Below, one piece after another: positions 59,143 through 64,000 of a stretch of 64,000 bases of DNA. How positions within the stretch are numbered: the first letter of the stretch is position 1; every line of letters starts with the position of its first letter. The translations under genes were made by a program, and so were the position numbers. The notes beneath the pieces are model-generated. The model was not told the DNA's origin, did not search any database, and worked only from the letters and a program-made list of their open reading frames with translations. The stretch is from Spirochaetota bacterium (GTDB lineage Bacteria; Spirochaetota; UBA4802; UBA5550): the NCBI GenBank assembly GCA_963663865.1, contig OY760686.1, positions 2,144,001-2,208,000 of the forward strand, written 5' to 3'.

Positions 59143-61515
59143 ATGTTCAACGATATAGACATACGCAAGGCGGGCGCTGCCGTTCTTGCGATTATCCTGC
59201 TCATTGGAGTTTACTTTTTTTTCAGCGGAGACCCATCCACGGAAATAGAGGATCTTCGATACCGCAAGATCAAACTATACCAGGAGATACTTTACGCTGA
59301 TCCGGCCGACACCAATACGCTTTTTCAGCTCGGAATGCTTTACAAGCAGGTCGGAGAATACAGCAATGCGGCTGAGCAATTTGAAAAAATCCTGAAACTT
59401 GATCCGGAAAATTACGCGGCGCTTAACGAACTTGGACATACCTACGCGCTTATGGGTAAATACGATAAAGCCATAAAACTGTTCGAAAAAGCAAAAAAGA
59501 CCAGACCGAAACTCCCCACCGCATACAACAGGCTGGGAAACGTTTACGATGATCAGCTGAAATACGCGCAGGCCATGAAGGAGTATAACCTCGCGATGAA
59601 AAACGCCCCCGCTGATCAGGAAAGCTACAGGAACATGGCTGAATCGAAGTACAGAGCCGGCGACATAAAGGGCGCCATAAGGATGCTTGAAAAAGGCATA
59701 AAAGCCGCCGACAAAAATCCAGAGGGATACTACAATCTCGGCATGATGAGAATGAAGCAGAAGAACTACCGCTCTGCCCTCAACAATTTTAACCGTGCAA
59801 TTTCCATAAAACCCGATGAATCCAGATATCACGCGGCAAAAGCAGAAGCTCTTCTCAAGCTGGGCCGCACATCTGAAGCGCTCGCCGCTCTTATTAAAGC
59901 CGTTGAGCTTGACCGGACCAACGCAGGCGCTGCAGAATCCGCGGGCGACATACTCCTCTCCAGATCAGAATACGGACCTGCAGAAAAATACTACAAAAAA
60001 GCCCTGCAATTTAACAGCAAAGACTCAGGGCTCAGAAAAAAATATGAAAAAACAAGAAGTGCCCTCTCTGATGAGCAAGCGCGCAACGAAAAAACCGCAC
60101 AACCGGCTGCCAAACAGCTGCCTGCCGATGATCCGGAGTCTCAAGTTCCTGATGCTTCAATCGCATCAAGGGACATTTCAGAAACACCTGACAGCATGCT
60201 CAAACAGCCAAAAAAACAAAATCAGGATCCAGGGGCTGAAAAGTGGCGCGAGCTCGGCGATAGAAAGCGGATAGAAAAATCGTACAACGACTCGCTCAAG
60301 GCCTATTTAAAGGCAACAGCCATCGACAACAGCGACGATTATTCATACTACTGGCAGGGAAGAATCTACGAGCACAACAAAATGCCGGCCCAGGCAATTG
60401 AGGCCTACAGAAAGTCCCTGCTGGCAAATCCCAAAAACGCTGAAGCTCATTACAGGCTCGGGCTGATGTATTATACTGAGGGTAAATACGCTGCCGCTTC
60501 AAAATCCTTTTCATCCGCAGTAGATCACAAACCTGATTTCCCCAGGGCCTACTATTCAAGAGGCCTTTCCAATATGCAGCTGAATAGAAATTCAAACGCC
60601 GTCAGGGATTTCTCGACAGCCCTTAAACAGGACCCTTCCCTTGACAGAGCGTACTTCAACCTTGGCAATCTTTACCTCAAAAACAAAAACTACAAGGAAG
60701 CGCTTAAAAACTTCACAAAAGACCTTGAATTGAGGCCCGACAACCCTGACACAAACTTCAAGGTTGCTGAAACCTATCATGAAATGAAATCCTATTCAAG
60801 CGCGGAACAGTTTTACGATAAAGCGATCTCTCTTGACAGCCAGCACTATCAGGCTGTTTTCAATCTGGGCTTGATAAACTATACTCGAAAGCAGTATGAC
60901 AAAGCACTTCAGCAATTTCAGAGAGCGTCAGAGATCAGGGGAAACGACGCCGCGGCGTTCTATCAAACGGGAAAGGTATACGAAGCGATAAATAACGAAC
61001 AAAAGGCAATTGACGCGTATAATCAGGCGATTAAGATCAATCCCTCTTATTCAAAAGCTCATATCAACCTGGGACAAATCTACGCCAAAAACGGCCTATA
61101 CGACAGGGCAATCGAACAATACAGACAGGCAGCGCTTAACGACCCCAAGTCCTTTGACGCACACTTCAACCTCGCAAACGCTTACCGCGAATCAAAGATG
61201 TACGACAAAGCTGCTGAAGAATATCGCACATGCCTCAATCTTAATCCAGTTAATTCAAAGGTACACTTCTTTCTCGGAGTTACATACCGGGACAAGGGCG
61301 TTTACCGCGACGCCATTTCATCTTTCGAAAGAGCGGTACAGCTTGACAAGTCACTCTACTCAGCCCACGAAGAAATGGGCATGATTTACTACAGACAGCT
61401 TAAGGATAATGCAAAGGCAATCGAACACTTTGAGAAGATGCTTTCGATGAAACCGGATCATCCGAAGGCTGACAGTATACAGAGCATTATCAATCACCTG
61501 AAGGGAAACAGATGA
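59143..61515 (+). CDS. Membrane-anchored large TPR protein with two TPR arrays
   Basis: N-terminal TM; many 34-aa repeats (AxxxLG..Y...A...F..A...P) split by a P/Q/D-rich linker; RBS GGAGG. Confidence 0.9.
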   Translation: MFNDIDIRKAGAAVLAIILLIGVYFFFSGDPSTEIEDLRYRKIKLYQEILYADPADTNTLFQLGMLYKQVGEYSNAAEQFEKILKLDPENYAALNELGHTYALMGKYDKAIKLFEKAKKTRPKLPTAYNRLGNVYDDQLKYAQAMKEYNLAMKNAPADQESYRNMAESKYRAGDIKGAIRMLEKGIKAADKNPEGYYNLGMMRMKQKNYRSALNNFNRAISIKPDESRYHAAKAEALLKLGRTSEALAALIKAVELDRTNAGAAESAGDILLSRSEYGPAEKYYKKALQFNSKDSGLRKKYEKTRSALSDEQARNEKTAQPAAKQLPADDPESQVPDASIASRDISETPDSMLKQPKKQNQDPGAEKWRELGDRKRIEKSYNDSLKAYLKATAIDNSDDYSYYWQGRIYEHNKMPAQAIEAYRKSLLANPKNAEAHYRLGLMYYTEGKYAAASKSFSSAVDHKPDFPRAYYSRGLSNMQLNRNSNAVRDFSTALKQDPSLDRAYFNLGNLYLKNKNYKEALKNFTKDLELRPDNPDTNFKVAETYHEMKSYSSAEQFYDKAISLDSQHYQAVFNLGLINYTRKQYDKALQQFQRASEIRGNDAAAFYQTGKVYEAINNEQKAIDAYNQAIKINPSYSKAHINLGQIYAKNGLYDRAIEQYRQAALNDPKSFDAHFNLANAYRESKMYDKAAEEYRTCLNLNPVNSKVHFFLGVTYRDKGVYRDAISSFERAVQLDKSLYSAHEEMGMIYYRQLKDNAKAIEHFEKMLSMKPDHPKADSIQSIINHLKGNR

Positions 61516-61994
61516 CATTCAAAATCAGATATTTGTTAACGGCCGCCTGTGCGGCAATGACATTACACGCCTCCTGCACGTCCGCGATTCAAAATGCGAA
61601 TCAGCCTTTTGAAAGCCCGGCTGAGGGTTTCATTAACCCTGACTGCTTTCAGGTAATTGTTAACCAGAAGCCCTCTGCAACCGCCGAGGGCGTGGTAGGG
61701 AAACGGGAGAGCGCTTTTTTTGAAGCGAAGGCCGGTATGTACGACAGAGCAGCAGAGAGCCTTCTTGCTTACTCACGCAGCATTTTCCCTGACGGCTGTG
61801 TCAATCCGGACGAGATCACTGACAATCAGCTGAAGGACAGCCTGATCGAATATGCCCGCAGAGGTTTTATCTTTGAGGAATACTATGACAGAGACGGTTC
61901 AGTAAACCTGGTCTACAGAATAATCGCCAGATCACTACAAAACGAAATTAACAGCACAATAATTGAAATAAAGAAAAGCTATTGTTCCAGATAA
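61512..61994 (+). CDS. Hypothetical lipoprotein
   Basis: Lipobox HASC; ATGA overlap with the TPR gene; EGFINPDCFQVIV. Confidence 0.7.
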   Translation: MTFKIRYLLTAACAAMTLHASCTSAIQNANQPFESPAEGFINPDCFQVIVNQKPSATAEGVVGKRESAFFEAKAGMYDRAAESLLAYSRSIFPDGCVNPDEITDNQLKDSLIEYARRGFIFEEYYDRDGSVNLVYRIIARSLQNEINSTIIEIKKSYCSR

Positions 61995-62024
61995 GTTATT
62001 ATATCTATTAACACGGAGAATCCC

Positions 62025-62468
62025 ATGTCAGGACCAGGCCTTTCAGCAATTTTCATAGCATCCGTATCGGTTTTGCTTTTTTTCGCAGCCTGCACACGGC
62101 CGGCAGCAGTCAGGACAGAAAAAACCAGCGCCGCTGAAGCAATTGAATCCTATATGGATGAGGGTTTTGTATCAGACGAACTTTTCCGGGTAGTAATCTT
62201 CGCAAGCGACAGTGAATTATCATCGAAAGATTCGAACCTGATGCAGAAATCAAAAACAAGAGCTCTTGCGTATATGAGAAAGTACCTCACCGAATCAGGA
62301 AAAAACTCCTTCGAAAAAATTCAACCAGACATTATAGGAATAATTAACTCACTGGGCAAGACCCGGATCCTGCCTGAAAAGAGCAATGGCGACAGAATAG
62401 TACTTTTCGAGATCAGACAGATCGGCCTAAAGAAAAGAATTGATGGGCTAACTGACAGAAGATACTGA
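62025..62468 (+). CDS. Hypothetical lipoprotein, probable distant paralog of 61512-61994
   Basis: Lipobox FAAC; RBS GGAG; EGFVSDELFRVVI. Confidence 0.7.
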   Translation: MSGPGLSAIFIASVSVLLFFAACTRPAAVRTEKTSAAEAIESYMDEGFVSDELFRVVIFASDSELSSKDSNLMQKSKTRALAYMRKYLTESGKNSFEKIQPDIIGIINSLGKTRILPEKSNGDRIVLFEIRQIGLKKRIDGLTDRRY

Positions 62469-62470
62469 TA

Positions 62471-63028
62471 CTATTCGCCATAAATGAGGTCAGAAATATT
62501 TTTAAGGATGAAAGTATCAATACAGCGTTTGCCTGTGTCGTAAATACTGCTGAACATTATACCAATTCCATAATTTCCAGGGAGCATATCGCAACGGACT
62601 GCCATAGCCAGAGCTTCAACATCATTGAGCTGCCTGTCGATTCTGCTGAAATCAATTGTCACCTTGATTATTGACGACACATTAAAAGGGACACTGCTTC
62701 TGAAATAAAGCCCTCCCCTGCTGATATTAACTATCCTGCCGGTAATGTTTTCCCCGAGTTCACCGCAATCCTCACCATCGACGAGGGTTTCAATTACTGT
62801 AATTGGAATCTCGACATTTAGCCTGTAGTGGTTTCTCATATCCGAGTCAGAACCCGCACCCGAGGAGAATCGCTCATTAAGCCACCTGTTAAAATAGTCC
62901 TTAAACCAGGCCGCAGTGCTTTCTTCGTAAGTCTGGCTCTCTTTGAGAGAACCCAATTTTTCATGAAGAAGGGATATCTGTTTTTTTATCTCTTGAGACA
63001 GATTCTCATATTTTATTGCATCTTCCAT
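62471..63028 (-). CDS. PilZ-domain protein
   Basis: RxxxR (RNHYR) and NISRGG motifs, AVRC, YGIGIMF. Confidence 0.88.
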   Translation of the reverse strand: MEDAIKYENLSQEIKKQISLLHEKLGSLKESQTYEESTAAWFKDYFNRWLNERFSSGAGSDSDMRNHYRLNVEIPITVIETLVDGEDCGELGENITGRIVNISRGGLYFRSSVPFNVSSIIKVTIDFSRIDRQLNDVEALAMAVRCDMLPGNYGIGIMFSSIYDTGKRCIDTFILKNISDLIYGE

Positions 63029-63303
63029 CCGCTAACCCCCGCGTATTCGGATCGACCAACATTGAACAGAATGGTAAATATCGATATTCGCACACCTGTA
63101 ATCAAATAGCCTGTAAAAAATACAAAATCTGATTCCACATCAATAACATAGCAATTTTTATTTATAAAATGTTAAAAAAATCAAATATTTTCTTATTCTC
63201 ATGATTATTTTTTACAGTTTATTCTCTTCCGATATCCTTTATAAATTAGAGATACAAGCCGACTTTTGTTATAGGGGGGCTTGTTAATCTCTTAAATAAT
63301 TTA

Positions 63304-63332
63304 TTGTTGCATGTTTCAAATAGTGGTATAAT
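63304..63332 (+). promoter_or_regulatory. Putative extended -10 promoter
   Basis: TGgTATAAT at 63324-63332, with TTGTTG 17 nt upstream of TATAAT. Confidence 0.55.
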
Positions 63333-63436
63333 CGGGTGATTAACCCTCTTATATTTCACTTTGAGGCAGAGGTATTTTTTGGTCACCAAAAACTGTCTTC
63401 ATGATAATGACTAATTCGACAGGATTATTGATATAT

Positions 63437-64000
63437 ATGAAATTTCATTTATTAGCCTTTCTTTTATCCGTTATTACTCTAATACTTTCATCAGAGCAGC
63501 ACGCCTTTTCGAGGACACCCGGTGAAACACTGAGAAATCAAAGTAAAACCATCATCTCCATCATGAAAAAAGAGAAGAAAATGGAGTATGCCCGGAAAAT
63601 AACAGGCCTGATTGAAAGCATTGACGCCATATACGGCAATGCCTATGCCAGGCTGCAGAAAGGAGAAAAACTTGTAGTCTTTTTAGATCCTGCCCACGGG
63701 AAAATGTCCAACGGCGAATGGCAGGGAGGGCTTGCAAGCCTCAGACAAAGCTGCAGGGAGCTTCCTGAAGAGTATTATTCTATTCCACTATCAAGAAAGC
63801 TTTACCGGATACTCAGCGCCAACCCTTTCATAGAAGTAAAATCAACAGACGATTACATGGAGCTTCTGGAAGGCAATTCCGATGAATACAGGAATATCCC
63901 TTTCTCAACGACTGTTGAGCTGGCTAACAAAGCCGGAGCCTTCATTATTCTGTCACAGCATCTCAACAACGTTTCAATGATACACAAGGCGGGCGGCACA
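63437..64000 (+). CDS. N-acetylmuramoyl-L-alanine amidase (Amidase_3)-like exported protein (partial, runs off the window end)
   Basis: Not in the ORF track. Open frame from ATG 63437: signal peptide MKFHLLAFLLSVITLILSS, VVFLDPAHG, PEEYY, LANKAGAFIILSQHLNN (Zn ligands H/E/H). Confidence 0.75.
   Translation, partial: MKFHLLAFLLSVITLILSSEQHAFSRTPGETLRNQSKTIISIMKKEKKMEYARKITGLIESIDAIYGNAYARLQKGEKLVVFLDPAHGKMSNGEWQGGLASLRQSCRELPEEYYSIPLSRKLYRILSANPFIEVKSTDDYMELLEGNSDEYRNIPFSTTVELANKAGAFIILSQHLNNVSMIHKAGGT

Noticed and set aside
63029-63436. AT-rich 400-nt gap as a replication origin
   Set aside because: No clustered DnaA boxes (TTATCCACA) and no dnaA context; it is explained by divergent promoters.

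Overview
A 64-kb gene-dense stretch of core chromosome from a diderm bacterium. A free-living spirochaete is my inference, based on the unlinked 5S rRNA gene, a single-domain RRM protein and many small lipoproteins. I found no phage, IS element, integrase or CRISPR array. In order, the window holds: envelope lipoproteins (tandem-TAXI protein, GHL10 hydrolase, PQQ-propeller/OmpA fusion); an orphan 5S rRNA gene; two tandem GH16 lipoproteins; a degenerate SpoIIE/PP2C protein; patatin-dprA-mltG; a glycine-cleavage operon (Lrp, flavoprotein, gcvT-H-PA-PB, lipA) with no canonical L-protein; a frameshifted PAS histidine kinase; a TonB cassette with two inserted small lipoproteins; a chemosensory operon (MCP, cheA, STAS, cheY, cheW, cheD, cheR, cheD, cheB, radical SAM); a second MCP; ALDH; a hybrid kinase; four CCA-less tRNA genes; RluA, alr, hemW, nagZ, RsbW-like, LOG and thiolase genes; a dCMP deaminase/TPR/lipoprotein cluster; a PilZ protein; and a partial amidase. 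The two best candidates for new biology are (1) a CoA-disulfide-reductase/Nox-like flavoprotein coupled to gcvT that may be a non-canonical L-protein, and (2) a CheA carrying a c-di-GMP-binding MshEN-type tandem motif in an operon with two CheDs and a coupled radical SAM gene. All calls come from motif reading by eye; no database searches were run.
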